64,000 bases of DNA, taken from NCBI RefSeq assembly GCF_036321535.1, contig NC_087436.1, forward strand, positions 29,824,001 through 29,888,000. The letters are read 5' to 3'. Shown piece by piece: positions 39,563-53,850 of this stretch. The notes beneath the pieces were generated by a model. That model ran no database searches, was not told the origin of the DNA, and saw only the letters and a list, made by a program, of their open reading frames with translations. Each line of letters begins with the position of its first letter. Position 1 is the first letter of the stretch. The stretch is from Camelus dromedarius. Taxonomy: Eukaryota. The translations under genes and the position numbers were made by a program.

Positions 39563-41639
39563 CTTCAGAAATTATTCCTTAAATTTCAGTAATGAGCATC
39601 CTAATTACTGCCTCATGCTGAAGAGTGGACTCAGCAGCATGTATGCTATGAAAGAGATTAGGAAAAATCTCTGAAAAAAAGTTTAAATGCAACATGAATA
39701 TGGCCCTATGAAAAAATCAAATAGAACTCTTCTGGTCATGAGTGATTTATAAAATAGTTTTTAGATTGTCCATTGTGTGCATTAGGTATATATAAAATTT
39801 ACCATGCTCATTTTTCAAAAATTGAAACATAGAGATACACATGCTAAAGCAATTTCTTTTAGTTCTTATGAGAATCTTTTTATGACCTATGTTACGTGAT
39901 CCTGCAGTCTCTGTCTAACTTTCTTGTTGAACCTTATTTGAATTAATTAAAGAAATTAAGTCTGGACTATGTATGCCACAGTGTGTGAATTCATAGATGT
40001 AAATATTAGACATTAAAATAAAAATGGCCATTTAAATTTTCACAAAAATGATATTTCCAACTACAAATCTTTCTGAAATCTGACTCTATCAATCCAGAGT
40101 ATTCCAAATAGTTATTTAACTGATTTACTTGAACAAATATAGAAAATCTTATCTTAGTTTATTTACTTATTTTATTATATTTCTAGAAGTTTAGGGAAAT
40201 ATTTACTTCTTTTGATTCAATTTGGGTTTCTGGCTTAGTAAAAAATGTAATAATGGTTCAATAATGTGAATATTTCTACCTAGGATGGAAAATACTCTGA
40301 ATTATTTAGACAGATTTTCTCTGCAAGTAACATTTGCCTGAATAATATGGGCTAATATTAAAATCTATTTTTTTTATTTAGTAACACTTGGCAAATAGTG
40401 AATTTTCAAATGGTTCAGATACACAGTCTTATCAGGGACAAAGTTTCTCTTTTCTTCTTACTTTTCTCCCAAGCTTTTCACTTCATATTGCAAGACATCA
40501 GCTATTACTTCATTTATCCCATCCACAGTCCAGGCAAAATAAATACAAGCAGGATTTGGCTAGCACATTTATACTTTTTCACAGAAACCTCTGCAAAAGC
40601 ATCCATCTATACTTCAATTATAGGAAATGGTTCACATTGCCAAGCCTTTCTCGGTGAAGGCTGGAAAATCAAGAAAGAATTGTCATGAGCGCTTGAGAGC
40701 AAACAATTCTGGGCATAGGCTCATTGACCAAACTGAGGTTGTATAAGTAAGAATTTAGGGTAAATTTTATACTGGGCTGGCAAAACCCATATTTATCTGC
40801 TTCTGTTCATATAACTAAAATGTATATTACTAATCATGATAAATTGACTATTTCAAAAATGTATCCTAAGATTTATGACTACACTTAAAATACATTCATT
40901 AACTGTTGATATACTTTGGCATACTTGGATACATTTTTTTAGTGACTGATAGTGGGGAGAGGAGAGAAATCTTAAGTTTTAGAAAAATCAAAATTAAAGA
41001 CCAAAACAATATAAATTCAAGTAAAAGAAAAGGTGGCAACAAAATTTTCAACTTCTATATTAAATCTCAGAAAAAAAGTGAAACATATACCACCATTATT
41101 GAGTATTGAATAAAATAAATTGTAATAAATATAAACGAATTAATGAAAAATTGTGCATAGTAATATTGAATGATAAAGCATAGTGCAAAAATTAGTGATG
41201 GTAGGAATAAGTGATACCCACAGACATAACAATTTGTTTCTAAAACCCCAGGTTTTCTAAATTCAAACTGGTAGCTCACAGAGGTCTTGAGAAAGGTTGG
41301 GGGTTTAGTACGATGATTGCATTTTGAGCTGTGCAACCAGATAGTACAGTTCATATCTCAGCACCACTATCAAATGGCTTTTTAAACTTGTTCATGTCAC
41401 TGTTGGCTTCAGTGCTGGAAAGACCTCATTTCCACTGGCTTTCTAAGTGAAAGGACACTCTTGTGTCACCTCCTTTCTCATTCATTCCATTAAGAAATAG
41501 CTTATTAGCTGATTGACAGCTTCCAGCCCTGCAAAAACTAGTTTTTCTTTTGCTTTTGAACATAATCAGCCAGTGATGTGGACATGTTACTTTGACTCCT
41601 CAATTTTGATTCAAGGAGTACAGCACTTGGTGACTTCTC

Positions 41640-42350
41640 TCATACACAACATCCAGTCCATGAACACCTACCTTTGAGATCTATCAGGTGACTGTCACTA
41701 CCAGCTACCTCCAGGCAGCCATCACGGCCCTTGGATCATTGTAAAAGCTTCATCAATGATCAGCCCATTTCTCACCTTGTTTCCCAGAGGCCATCTTCCA
41801 TCCAGTAGACAGAGTGATCTTCTTAAAACATAGATCAAATGGCATCACACTATTGCTGATTGCTTCCTGAGAGCTCCCTTTCTCAGAGGAAAACCTAAAA
41901 CCCCGCCACTGCGGGTGAACCTCCACATCGTCACATCCCCTGCCAGCCGGCCCCTCACTCTTTCTCTTACCACAGCCCTCATTGCTCTGGTTACTCTCTC
42001 CTCAGGATCCTTCTGACACTCCTTGAAAACACCAAGCTTCTCCCAGGTTAGAAACTTCGCTTGGCCCTTGTGTCTGCAGAAAAGCAAGGCCTGTAGACAC
42101 TGGCACTACACCCTCCCTTGCCTTTGGGCCTGCTTAGCTGACACCGCTTCAGAGGAAACCTCCCTGACCGCCTGCTGGCCTGTTTCTCTCTAGAACTTAA
42201 CAGCATCGTAAATACTGCATTTTTCTTAAAATACCTTCTTCCCCCAAAAGAAAGAATGGAAGTTCTTTAGTTAAGAACTTTTATTTTTCTCTTTGCTCAC
42301 TGTTTCATTTCTGGCTTAGAGTAAGTGGTTAATAAATATTTGTTGAATAA
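41640..42350 (+). mobile_element. L2 3' end
   Basis: 'acatccagtccat', 'cagagtgatcttcttaaaacatagatc', 'tcagaggaaacctccctgacc', terminal 'aataaatatttgttgaataa'. Confidence 0.8.
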
Positions 42351-42634
42351 CCTTGCATAAATTCACCCTCAGTTTGCAAACTGCTGATTCATTTTGCTCT
42401 GAAGTCAATGACAAAGTGAAAGAGTTGTAATTCTATTTTTTTTTTCATTTTTACTTAGAGCGAATATTTATTGCTAGTTTAATCTGTGCCCTGCAAACTG
42501 CTAAGCTTTCAAATCCACTTAGCTCTACTTATCTTGTGAGACAGTCACTATATCATTCAGAGTATATCCAGTAAAAGAGAAATTAGTGTAGGTCTTAAAA
42601 ACAGTTTCATTTCAATACAGAGATAAAGTTATGC

Positions 42635-42860
42635 AAGTGGTTAAAAGAGCTGAGAAACAAAAAACCGGAGATGTGATAAAGCCCAGTGATTAGTACCAGC
42701 AGGGAGCCAACCCTTCTCTAGGAGATGGAGAGACAGTGGAGGAAAATAGTGGTCCAGGGCCAGGGTGAGAAGCCATTTCATGATAGAAAAGCTGCCGAGT
42801 GAGAGGTGGGGCCAGGGAGAAACCTTGATCTCTGACAGAGATACCATTAGAAACAAACAA
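42635..42860. mobile_element. Possible old ERVL-type LTR fragment
   Basis: Purine-rich, GC-raised segment with LTR-like wording; family not identified. Confidence 0.3.
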
Positions 42861-42944
42861 AACAAAACAAAAACAGAAGAAAAAAACAGGAGAATTGGCC
42901 ACCTCCTCACCTACTCCTGCCCTCCGTCTTCTGCTTTTGCCTTC

Positions 42945-43075
42945 CGTTGTCATTTTACAGAGGAGAAAATGTAAATCCAGAGAGGTGAAATAACTTGTAA
43001 AGACCCTACAGCTTTATAAGAACTGAACTGGGATTGAAAATTAAGGCACTCAGACTCCAAATCCCTCAGTCATTG
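42945..43075 (-). mobile_element. MIR fragment
   Basis: 'cattttacagaggagaaaatg..aatccagagaggtgaaataacttg...gaactgggattgaa...cagactccaaa'. Confidence 0.8.
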
Positions 43076-43166
43076 CTAACAATGACATTTTAAGGAGAAA
43101 AAAAAAAGCGTGTTTTTTTTCTCTTAATAGGTATGGTGTTTTGATATTGCCAAATATGTATACATT

Positions 43167-43204
43167 TGTGTGTGTGTGTATGTGTCTGTGTGTGTGTGTG
43201 TGTG
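43167..43204. repeat. (TG)n microsatellite, interrupted
   Basis: Direct reading. Confidence 0.9.
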
Positions 43205-44694
43205 GGTGATGAGTCTGCATACATTAAATCAAGCAGTTAACTTAAATTCCTCAAGAGAGAAAAAAGGAATGATTTTCCAGTAAGGGCTGATGATATCCAC
43301 CAAAGTACATTTTCAAGCACTAAAGTGATCCTAACTACCATTAAGGCGTACCATAGTAGCCCATAGCAGCCCATAGCATACTGCCTAGTAAACAGTAGGC
43401 ACTCAATAAATGTCTTTTGATGGTTATTATGCCTTCGAGGGTATTACAAGTCCAAAACCCTTCTGTGCATGTGAGATTGTACAAGGTTTGTAGTAGTTGT
43501 GATTGCTCCTGTAATTCATATATAGACATTGCATCTTTAGTGTGAATAACCCATATATTTCACTTCTATTTATCCTTGTAACGTTTACTTAATACAGACT
43601 TTATGTTCTTGCTGAAGTCTTCAGTTATGTTTTTGAAAGGCTTATTTGCTCTATAGGTTAACTGTGGAAAACAGTGTTTTATTCAACATTATAAGAAGGA
43701 CTTTCCTCATTCCATTATTTCTACATGAACATCTATTACAAATATATGGATTGCTTAAGTGGCTATTTATCTGATAACTCACAAAATGATTTGAGAAAAA
43801 TTTAAAGTTATATGGGCTGCTTTCTAAACACATAAAATACACTACTAAGTAATTTATAAAAATCCATAAAATTGGAAATTAACTTAAAGGTCACTAAGTT
43901 CTCAGTAGAATAAATGACCTTTGATGCTAGAAATCACTGAAGTTTTTTTTTTTCAGGTTTTGCATAATATATTATGCATCACGTCTCTCAAGATATTTCT
44001 TGTAAAAATTAAAACAAAATACACAGATTGAAGCATTATAAAATATGTAAATTTTTTAAGACTTTTATAATTGGATAGATACCTAAAGCACTGCACTGGG
44101 AGTAGAATTAGAAGATAATAGGACATCTGTCTTAAAATAATAGGTTCTCTGTGATTTAACGTAGGTATAGATAGAGATTCTTAGGAAAATAATGATAAAG
44201 TGAAATCACAGTAAAAATAATCTTTACTGATCAAATAACAGAACAGGATAAAAAATATTTTTTTTAATGTACTTATCCTGGATTTGAAGAAAACATCATC
44301 AAGTATATAAAAGGCCAGTTTCATGTCAAGAACTGCCTTGGCTTTGGTCTAAGCTAAAATTCTGAGGAAGGATTTTTGGGGGAGAGATTCTGCTGTGGTA
44401 ACATTTTATATTAATTTCTTTTAATATACCCGATGCAAAATTTTGAATCAAGGGGTATGTTAGGCATTTCTCTACCTACCATCCTTTTAGGGCTGATATT
44501 CTTATCTCATAACATCTGGCTGTTCTGTGGTGCCCAGTGAACCCCTGCGAGGACCTGGAATCATTCCTGACATTGGATTGCCTCTTTATCACCTTCTCAT
44601 TATTTCTCACAGTATCATATTTTTGAAGTTTATAATTCTTATATTTTAAGCATTTAAAAGACAAATTTTGAAGTTATTTATTCACAACTAAGTA

Positions 44695-46445
44695 CTTACT
44701 CATTTAAATATTAATTCACGTGTATTGAATCCAAACCGTGTGCCAGATATTCTTCCAGGTCCTGAAGATAAAGCAGGGTATAAGACAAACAAGATCTAAT
44801 CTTTGTGGAGCAGACAACAGACACCTCCTTTGTCAGGTGCTAAACTATGCTGTGGGGAAAATAAAACCAGAAAAGTAGCTGGGGGCTACACTGGAGGTAG
44901 AGAGAAGAGGGTTTCTGTTTTATGTAAGGAAGGAATAGAGGGCTTTTAGGATTAAATGTCATTTTAGTGGAGATCTGAAGAATATAAATAAGCTCAAAAC
45001 CATGTATGAAAAGAGTGATCAATCAGAGGAAAAGGTAAATGCTTATGCTGTGGGGGAGAAATGTTCTTTATGTATGAAAAAAATACACAAAATAGGTATG
45101 GCTAGAATGGGATGATGAAGGGATGGTTTTAAAAGGCACAAACAGGACAGAGGACTTGATAATTTAGGAACTTGTAACTCTTATTAAAGGATCCTATTTT
45201 AGTTTAAGTGAAATGTAAAAAAAAAAAAAAAAAAGAGGAAGATTTGGACCAGAGGAACAATTTGGCTTATGTGTTAAAAATATCACTTTGAGAGCTGTAT
45301 TTAGTATAGGCTATAAATATGGACGCGGATATGGAGACTATTAAAATTACCCAGTCAAGAATAATGCTACTTTCGTCTAGTGGTAAAAATCGACATATTG
45401 TCACAGGTGAGAACTGGACAGTTATCCTGATATATTTTAAAGCTAAGCTAAGCAAAGAACCTAATGGATTGCTATGCAGTGTAAGAGAATTAAAAAAAAA
45501 AGACAAAATTAACTCCATGATTTTAATAATAGAGCAATAAGAAGGATGAGTTTTCCATTTATTGATAACAGCAACAATTGTGCATTGTGTTAAGATAATT
45601 TAAAGTGTGGGGCTTATGTGGAGATTACAAGTTTGGTTTTGGATTTGTAGTGTTGGAGATGCATTTTGATACCCATGTGGAGGGGAGTAGCAATTGATGG
45701 TTGATTATTAGTATCTGTTGCTCAGTGTGTAAGTCCAGGGTGTATGAAAAAAATTTGTGATTATCCATTGTAGAGGAATCATTTTTAAAGGCATGCAACT
45801 GACTGAGACCACCTATTAAATCAATGCATATAGAGTAGATAAAATACCTAAAAATTGAACCTAGCATACCCTAATGATTAAAGGTGAAGGAACTAATGAT
45901 GAAATAACAGCAGATTGAGGTTTCAGAAGACAGTTGAAGAAAGTGTTAAGAAATAAGCAAAGATCATCAGTTTAAAATGAAGCTTGATAGGTTTATTTAG
46001 ATAGGTCCTGAGAATTCAGTATAGTATTTGCTAAAGTAGAGATATATTTAACTGAAGATAAATACTTACCTCAGATATGATCAAAAATTGAATGAGAGAT
46101 AGTGGAGTTAATAAAGTGTAGTAGAGAAATGTAGGTGAGCTGGAAAAGGATGGATAATGAGAGAATTTTTTTTAATTAATTTTTTTTGTTGCTTTTACAG
46201 TGGGAGACATTATGGCAAGTTTTTATATTGATGGTGATGACTTAGGACAAAAAGAAAATTGATTTTGTAGGAAGAGAATAACTGATGAAGTATGAGACTT
46301 TGAAATAAGATGACATGGATTAACAGTTCATGCATAGTAACAGGAGAAATGTAGATTATGTGTATGTAGATTCAGGTGGATTTGGAAATATCGGGAAATG
46401 TAGTTCTTTTAAGATTATCTCAATATTCTCAGTAAATAGGAGAAA
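44695..46445 (-). mobile_element. Extended degenerate L2
   Basis: 'gtgtattgaatcc..ccgtgtgccagatatt', 'ggagactatt....tacccagtcaaga', 'gagaactggacagttatcctgatatatttt', 'atttttaaaggcatgcaactgactgagacc'. Confidence 0.7.
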
Positions 46446-47384
46446 TTAAATTGCAACTTTAGGTATTGGTCATGATTTTTTGATATTTGGCATTTTGGGA
46501 AATAATACTTTATTCACAAAACAAAATACATGAATAGTAGGAATTCTTGTGCTCAGTTGGTGGTTTTGAGGAGGATAGAGAAAGAACGTGTTAAACCGTA
46601 TTCATATAATGGAACCTCATAATGCTCCTCACATCACTGAATAGAAGCTGGTCATGGCACATATGCCATCCCATTATATTTGCATACTGATAATGAAGGA
46701 AGTGATGTCTGACATAGTTGAACTTTTTATGTTCTACTTACTTTAGAAATTAAGATTAATTAATAGAATATGGGAATGATTTTTAGGGTAATGTCTGATG
46801 GAGGAAAATACAGAAAAATGAAATTATAAGTTCTAAGATTTTATTTTAAAATAGTGTTTTCTTAGAGCCTATATTTGTAGGGCACTACCATGGATAATTT
46901 ATATGGGTTATGTCTATAAATTTTCACAGTATAAGTATGAAAAATCATTATTATTGCCTGATTTTCCAAAAGAGAAAAATTTCTGATTGTGTAAATTGTT
47001 AAACTACCACTGAGTTTTAATTATTTGAAATATTGCCATGTGGATCAGTAAGATAGAAGGGAAAATGTATAATTTCATAATATAATAAAAGGCAACACAG
47101 ATACGCACACACTGGAGATAACTGAGGCAACTGACACAGCATCAAAATAACTATGAAAAAAGAAAAAAAAAAACCCTGAGGAACTATATGAGCTATAAAA
47201 TTATATATCAGTAAATTAAGTGGATCATTCTCATTGTGGGACAAACCATACTATCTATAGATAAACAGAGATAGTATATGTTGAGAATTATGCATTGAGT
47301 AACATGAGTTAGCTTTCTTTCAGATAGCTATAAGATATTTTCAGATATTGTTTACATTTTTTGCAAGAAAAAAGGCCATGCTGC

Positions 47385-48073
47385 TGTTGATGGAAATAAT
47401 CAATAAACCAATTTATAATAGGAGTATAGGATAGTTTTATTTGAGCCAAACTGTGGACTGTAGCACAGGAGACACAAAATCAAGAAGCGCTTGAATTGTG
47501 TTTCACTGGATTACAAAATGGGGGGAGACTTATAAAGCCAAAAACCACAAAATTGCATAAGCTGTCAAGAGTTGTATGTAATTGGTGCTGGAAAGAAGTA
47601 AGGTCACTTGATAAGCAAGGGTTGCTTGGAGTCTGAAATGTTTGCATAGTTGCAAGGTGAGATCTTGAGGCCATAAGGTTGGCGCTGGCAGCCGCTATCG
47701 GATATTGTGTCCTTTTGGTTGTTGTTTGTTATTTGTTTGTTTTTGTAATTGAAGTATAGTAAGTTACAATGTGTCAATTTCTAAGGCTGTTAGTGTCTGT
47801 GAGTTTGATACAGTTCAGAAAATTCAGGTTCTCAGCGATGGAGGACTGTGTCTGAAATCACATCTACAATGGCCAATCAGCTATTTTGTAGGTTTGAGCC
47901 ACTTACTACATCTTGATTTTTAAATGCATTATTTTCTTTCTTAAATGGTTAAAGCAAAAATGTACAATGTTGGTTGACAGACCATAAGACAGACTATTCT
48001 AGTTAACACAAATGTCAAACCAAATCATTTATAAGCCAGAATGACTTCACTATACCTCAAAATGTGAAAATCA
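47385..48073 (-). mobile_element. ERV1-like solo LTR (~690 bp including a small insert)
   Basis: tgttgatgg...aaaatca termini, near TSD ctgc/gtgc, minus AATAAA ~47437, TATA-like ~47530. Confidence 0.7.
47713..47782 (-). mobile_element. Very short 5'-truncated L1 3' end inside the LTR
   Basis: T-rich tail (ttgttgtttgttatttgtttgttttt) followed by 'aattgaagtatagt..gttacaatgtgtcaatttct', the extreme L1 3' end in antisense. Confidence 0.7.
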
Positions 48074-48899
48074 GTGCATTACAGAAAGTGGAAATATTAA
48101 GACAATATTAGTCCAAAGAAATATCCCCCTAAAAGGAAAGCATGTCATTACTCACAAATTTATAAAATTCCAATAATTATCTTGGTAAAGAAGTGAAACC
48201 TGTGATTAAGAAGATTGAAATGAGACCAGTAAATAGAAAAATAGTGGATGTGTCCATGGATGTATTATAAGTATAGACAGATTAATATTCATTAAAAATT
48301 AGTAACTAATATTTTTTCAAATTATGTTTCTAAATAATTTCTAAAATTATTTTTTCAAATATTATATTTTTCAAATTACAAAACAAATGATGCTTGTTAG
48401 TCTGTTATTTAACAATTTTGTAGAAGTTTTAGCTCATGTCCTAATTATATAGCCAAAGAGATGAAGACAAAATTGTCTTTTTCTATAAATAAATAGTAAT
48501 GGATTTCCAGAGATCTTTCAAAAATATAATATTTAAGTATTGGAAGTAAAACTTTAGTAACAAATCAAATTATAAAATATATGCATGATAATCTAAAACT
48601 ACTTATTAATATGCTGTAACAAGTCAGAAAATATGCTGGAACAACATTAATATTTTAAAAATATGCCGAAGCTACGAATATATTTATTAAGTAATGAGCA
48701 GATATCAAAAATAACTAAAACTTTACTGTTTAAGTGTTAATTCCGTTCAATGAGAAAGGCTAGAATGCGCTAATATGTTCTAAAACTCTACTAGAATAAG
48801 CTAATTAGGAATTAAATCGTTTACTCATCCAAGAAAATAGTTTTAGAGTTTAGTCAGATCTTATCTTTTGACTTTGTCTTTTAGTTTGTTTTTTTAAGA

Positions 48900-49100
48900 T
48901 TATGATAATAATTAACATTTACTGGATATATCCATGTAAATCAGATGTAGGACTAAAATTTTTACAGTTGTTATTTCAATTATTAATCACAATAATGGTA
49001 TAGTAATGCTAAAATTGCTATGTTTTTTACATATGGAGAAATTAAATAATGGGTGAGAGGTTGTGGTTCCAACTTAATTTGTAGTTTACCTCAAAACTCC
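48900..49100 (-). mobile_element. Degenerate MIR
   Basis: 'aataattaacatttactgga...ttatttcaattattaatcacaataat...ttttacatatggagaaatt'. Confidence 0.5.
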
Positions 49101-50529
49101 TAATGTCTCTTTTCAAAATCATCAAATATTTCATATTTTGTTGTTTTTTTAAATAAAATATTTTTTGCCTTTAATATTTGCTAATTAGGTATCTTATTTA
49201 TTCACACTAGAAATAAAACAATAATATACTACATGAAATTAGCAAAATTCCCTAGTAAAATGTATAAATAAAAGAAAAAATCCTGGTCTTCCTGGCCCCT
49301 GTCTTCATAATTATCTAAAGCCACTTCCCATAAAGAAACATATGTTAGCAGCTCATTGTGCACACTCAAAGAAAACAATATGCAAACATTCACACCAAAA
49401 GAATTTATTTATACAACCTGCTTTATTTACTTCAAGGTCTTAATACACACTTCTCTGTAATTTTCTGTTTTAGATAGCCATCAATTATTTAAGTGTCTTC
49501 CTTGTAATCCACATTATACATATAATTATTTAATAGTCTCACTATAAATGGACATAAAATTTTTTCTAATTGTCTTTTATACACAGTGTTACAGCAATTA
49601 TATCAGTAAATGCATCTTGTTGATTTTTGAATATTCATGTGGGGTGAATTTCTATTAGTATAATTGTTGATTCTAACTTGATATACATACTTTGTATAGT
49701 AGCTTCCAAGTTACCATCCTTTAATTATACCAGTTTAGAGTCTTGCCAGTAGTATGTAGGAATACCTGTTCCAGCATACCTTTGGCAATAGTACCTGTTA
49801 ACAAACTGTAGTATTTCTTCTGTCCCCTTATATGCATTTACAAAGTGCTATGGATTGTTCTGTGCACTTTATATGCATTGTATCAATTAATCCTTGAATT
49901 GTACTTTCAGAAAATAACATTGACAGTTTCATTTACATTAATCTGCTTAATGAATTCTCAACTTTCTTTTATTATTTTAAACTTATTTTAATGTACTTTA
50001 TTATGGATTATTTCTTTGACAGCAATATATGTAATTTGCTTTTAAAAATCCATAAATTCTCAGTGAAGCCATCAACCTTTTTTTTAGATCATATTTATTA
50101 CTCAGACGGGTCAGTTATCTGGACAGAATAGCATGATGGCACCTGTGCATCACTTGGGCATGGGTTTTCCTGACCAGAAGGTACAGACACATGTAATTGT
50201 CTAGCAGGTCTCATCAGCGCACTGCCCTGGCCAGGGCTCTGTGCCTGCTAGGTTGGGAATGTGTATCAAAATGTTTGGTCTGTCTAGCATCTGCTTAAAT
50301 TAACTGATTTAGTCAGCTACAAGACTGGAAGGATATTTGCAGCAATATATTCTAATCTGATTATATTCTAAGGTGTATTTTTTTTCTGATATCTATGATA
50401 TTCATGCTACTGCAGAATGAAATGAAAATTTGGAATGGCTCAACACAGATGACTCTTGTAGTATACCAGGCGCTGAATATCAGTGTCTGTGTAGACTACA
50501 TAAAATCATGGTGGTCTTTATCCAAGCCT

Positions 50530-51052
50530 GGTAGTACAGTTCTCTTTCATCCCAGAGTCTAGCATCCACTAATCTGCTTTGTGTTTATGTACTTTTGGCT
50601 TTTCTGAAATTATGATATAAATTTGAAATCCCTTCTGACTCCTTTCACTTAGTGTTATGACTCTGAGATTTATCCATGTTTCTACATGTATCATTTGACA
50701 ATTTGTTATTATTACTGAGTGATAGACATTGGATGGACATTCCAAAAATGTATTTATCCTTTCATCATTTGATGGACATTTAGCATATTCCAGTTTGGAG
50801 TTATTATGAATAAGGTTGCTTTGATCATTCTAGAACAAGTCTTTGTGGGAATATGTCTTTTCATTTTCTTGAGTAAATACCTAGCAGTGCAAATGCCTCC
50901 TCATGTGATAGGTGAATGTATTTGAGACACTGACAAACAGCTTTCCAAAGTGGCTGAATTAATTTTGCATTCCCACCAGCATTTATGAAAGTTCCAGTTG
51001 TGCCACATCTTCTCCAACATTTTGAATTGTAAGTCTTTTAAATTTTGTCCAT
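50530..51052 (-). mobile_element. L1 (L1MD/ME-like) 3' fragment
   Basis: 'ttcacttagtgttatgactctgagatttatccatgtt', 'tgatggacattta', 'tttccaaagtggctg....attttgcattcccaccagca'. Confidence 0.8.
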
Positions 51053-51054
51053 GG

Positions 51055-51500
51055 GCTCTAGACATCTAATTTCCACCCTCCACAATAAACCACACTGCAA
51101 GCAGGAGTTCTCTTTCTAAATTGCAACTTGTCTTGTTCCTCTCTATTCCCAATGCTTACAATTCTTTTATCTCTGTTACATGCAAGATCAAGTCAGAATT
51201 CCTTTGAATTACTGAAAGTCCCTTTAGATACAATCTCTACCTATGTTTGTAGCCTCATTTACATCCATACCCCTACCTGCTCCTAGCAACAACGTCTTTC
51301 AAACTGTTCAATTTCTATGTCTTTCCTTAAAGTAGTCTTTCCCCATTTATCATCCAATAACTCTTGATATTTAAGAAAAATGTCATCTTCTCTGGGATTT
51401 TTTTTTTCTCTAATCTCATTGAGAAGTATTTGCTAATTTATTCTTCCAAGTAGGGTCTGGCTTAAACTTACAATCTGTCATACCAATGTAATATATATTT
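51055..51500 (+). mobile_element. Degenerate L2 fragment
   Basis: 'ccctccaca...gttctctttctaaattgcaact', 'caagatcaagtcagaattcct', 'aaatgtcatcttctctggga'. Confidence 0.5.
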
Positions 51501-52744
51501 CTTTAAAGTGTATTAAGGAGCATGCTTTGCAAAATTTACCACCTTAAAAATACACAAAAAAAATTTTAAGAAATACATATTGGTTATTAAGTGCTTTCTT
51601 TACTAAACTGGGTATTTATACACAAAATTTCAACAATAAATAAAATTTATATTGTGCAACAAAATTAGAAAAAAAAAATCTAAGCCCCAGTGTACTCTCT
51701 TGATCGCAACTGAGCCAAGCTGTTGAGGTGGTCAATTAAAACAACAAGCTAAAATGTAAGTAATACTTAAGCCACTAATTGCTTACTGAGACTGTATGAG
51801 GTTAAGCAAGAAAAATCATAGATTTCTCTTATGTTTCATTTTTCCCCTTAGAACAGTTCTGGCAAGGGTCAAGTGGATCAGCACTGGTATGGGGATCTTC
51901 TCACTATCCAGGAGTCATGAACAGAAGGCTCTTCCTATTTTATAGCCCTGGGGGTTTAGGGGAAGAAGAAGAGGAAGAACTAAGAGGGGAAATGTACTGA
52001 GTACTGAGTCAGAGTGGACAAAAAAGTGTCCCCAGGGCTTCCTATAAAACATAGAAAATGATGACCAAAGTCCTCAGCAAACAGAAGGAAATCACAAAAG
52101 GAAAGGGAAAGAGAAATGACCTAGTTTAAGATTGGAATATGTGGTACTCCTATAAGAGACATGAATGGAGGCTTCCAGAGTAAACCCAAGGCCAACAGTA
52201 AAGAGAGAAACAGAAGAAAATTTTGTTTGTATCATTAAATAGAAATGCAAACATTTAAACTTTTCAGCTTAGGCTTCAAAGTAGAGAAAGAAATAGAGAA
52301 ATGTGCATCAGAAATTTGCATCTAGCTTTTATGAAGTGTGAAAGAAAAACAATGCCCTTCAATGCAGTTTTTATGGAAGCCTATTTTTTATCAACAGTGT
52401 ACCATAAGTTACATGAAAATATGTGTTTAACTTACAGAAGTTTATTAATAATTAAACTAACCATTTTACTTAGATTTTAAAATAATGTGATAAAATTTGA
52501 AACTGTGCAACGTTAGCATATTAGAGCCAGCCATTGTGTGAAAGTGCATATGGAGCAAAGTTTGTTTGTTGAGTCAAATATTTATCATGCATAATTAATT
52601 AAAGAGTCTATGTTACTTGAAACACTCAATTTAAAAAAATTTAAACTTACTAAAGAGTAATTGAATTTTATAATCATATTAAATAGATAAAGAAGTAAAT
52701 GTAATTAATGTTATCTTTATAATTACATTAAAACAAAGCATATC

Positions 52745-52890
52745 TGAATTTATACAATAAGGGAAATGTTATATATCTTGACTTTGGCAGTGAATACAAA
52801 ACTATATACATTTGTCAAACCCATCAAATTGTCTATGTAAAAATCAATAAATTTTGCAAAGGCCAATTGTACCTCAGTAAACAGGGTTAA
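52745..52890 (+). mobile_element. Old L1 extreme 3' end
   Basis: 'ggaaatgttatatatcttga...tatatacatttgtcaaacccatcaaattgt...aattgtacctcagtaaa'. Confidence 0.7.
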
Positions 52891-53299
52891 AGTACAATCC
52901 AAATATGTGTATTAATCCCCATTAATAAATCCATGATATTTGAACTTATTATATAATATACTAAAAGTAGAAGTATTGGTTCATATTTTAATATTTGATA
53001 AGAATAAATATAATCTTGTTTATCTCAGTTTGTCATTTGCCTCAAGATTCTATTAATAAAAAGCTACTATGCTGCAATTGTTATGTTGTTGTATTATTAG
53101 GTTTTAAAGTCTTGATCTTTTATAAAAAACAATTTAATTATTATTGAGAACATTATTTGTGGAATATTATTATTCTACAATATTTGACCACCATGATTGA
53201 ACCAGTTCTCAAATATGACACCTGAAGTAATTATAAGCAAAGAGAATACCAGTTACTATGACTCCCAGGTGAAGCATTTTTCAGTATAAAATACATAAC

Positions 53300-53680
53300 G
53301 GATTTCTGGTCCAGACAGTATGCCACAGAGCCACATTTTTTCTTGTTTCTTCTGCTATGCACAACTAAATTCTGGAAATGACACAAAAGACAAACAAGGG
53401 AAAACTCTGAAAGGTGTGAAAAGAAGACGAGCTACTTTGGGACTCTGGGTATTAGAGGAATAGTACATCAGCAAGGAACCTTGTGTGATCCCACCAACAG
53501 AAGAAGGCTCCTAGAACTATTGTTTCCTGACCCCCAACCTACCAACAGATGGCAGCCCAATTAGTGGATCAATTAGGAGCCACTTATCAAGATCCCCATC
53601 AATAATAACAGCTAGAAAAAGTGCTCCTCCTGCTTGACATACCCACGTCTACTCTCTGTAGTCTGAAACACCAAGACAAG
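53300..53680 (+). mobile_element. Probable old L1 5' region
   Basis: 'gatttctggtccagac...cacaactaaattctgga...aaaactctgaaagg' resembles L1M 5' ends. Confidence 0.4.
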
Positions 53681-53711
53681 ACTTACTGCTGCACAGAGAC
53701 AGCCAGTGATG

Positions 53712-53850
53712 TAAGTACTGTTGTTATCCTTAATTTGCTAATGAGAAAACTGAGATAAAGAGAGGTTAAGATATTTTCCAATATCATAACGACAAAGAAT
53801 TGATGAAGCCTGGATTGACATCTAGTTAATCTGACTCCAGATATGACATT
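53712..53850 (-). mobile_element. MIR
   Basis: 'atgagaaaactgagataaagagaggttaag...aagcctggattga...tctgactccaga'. Confidence 0.8.
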
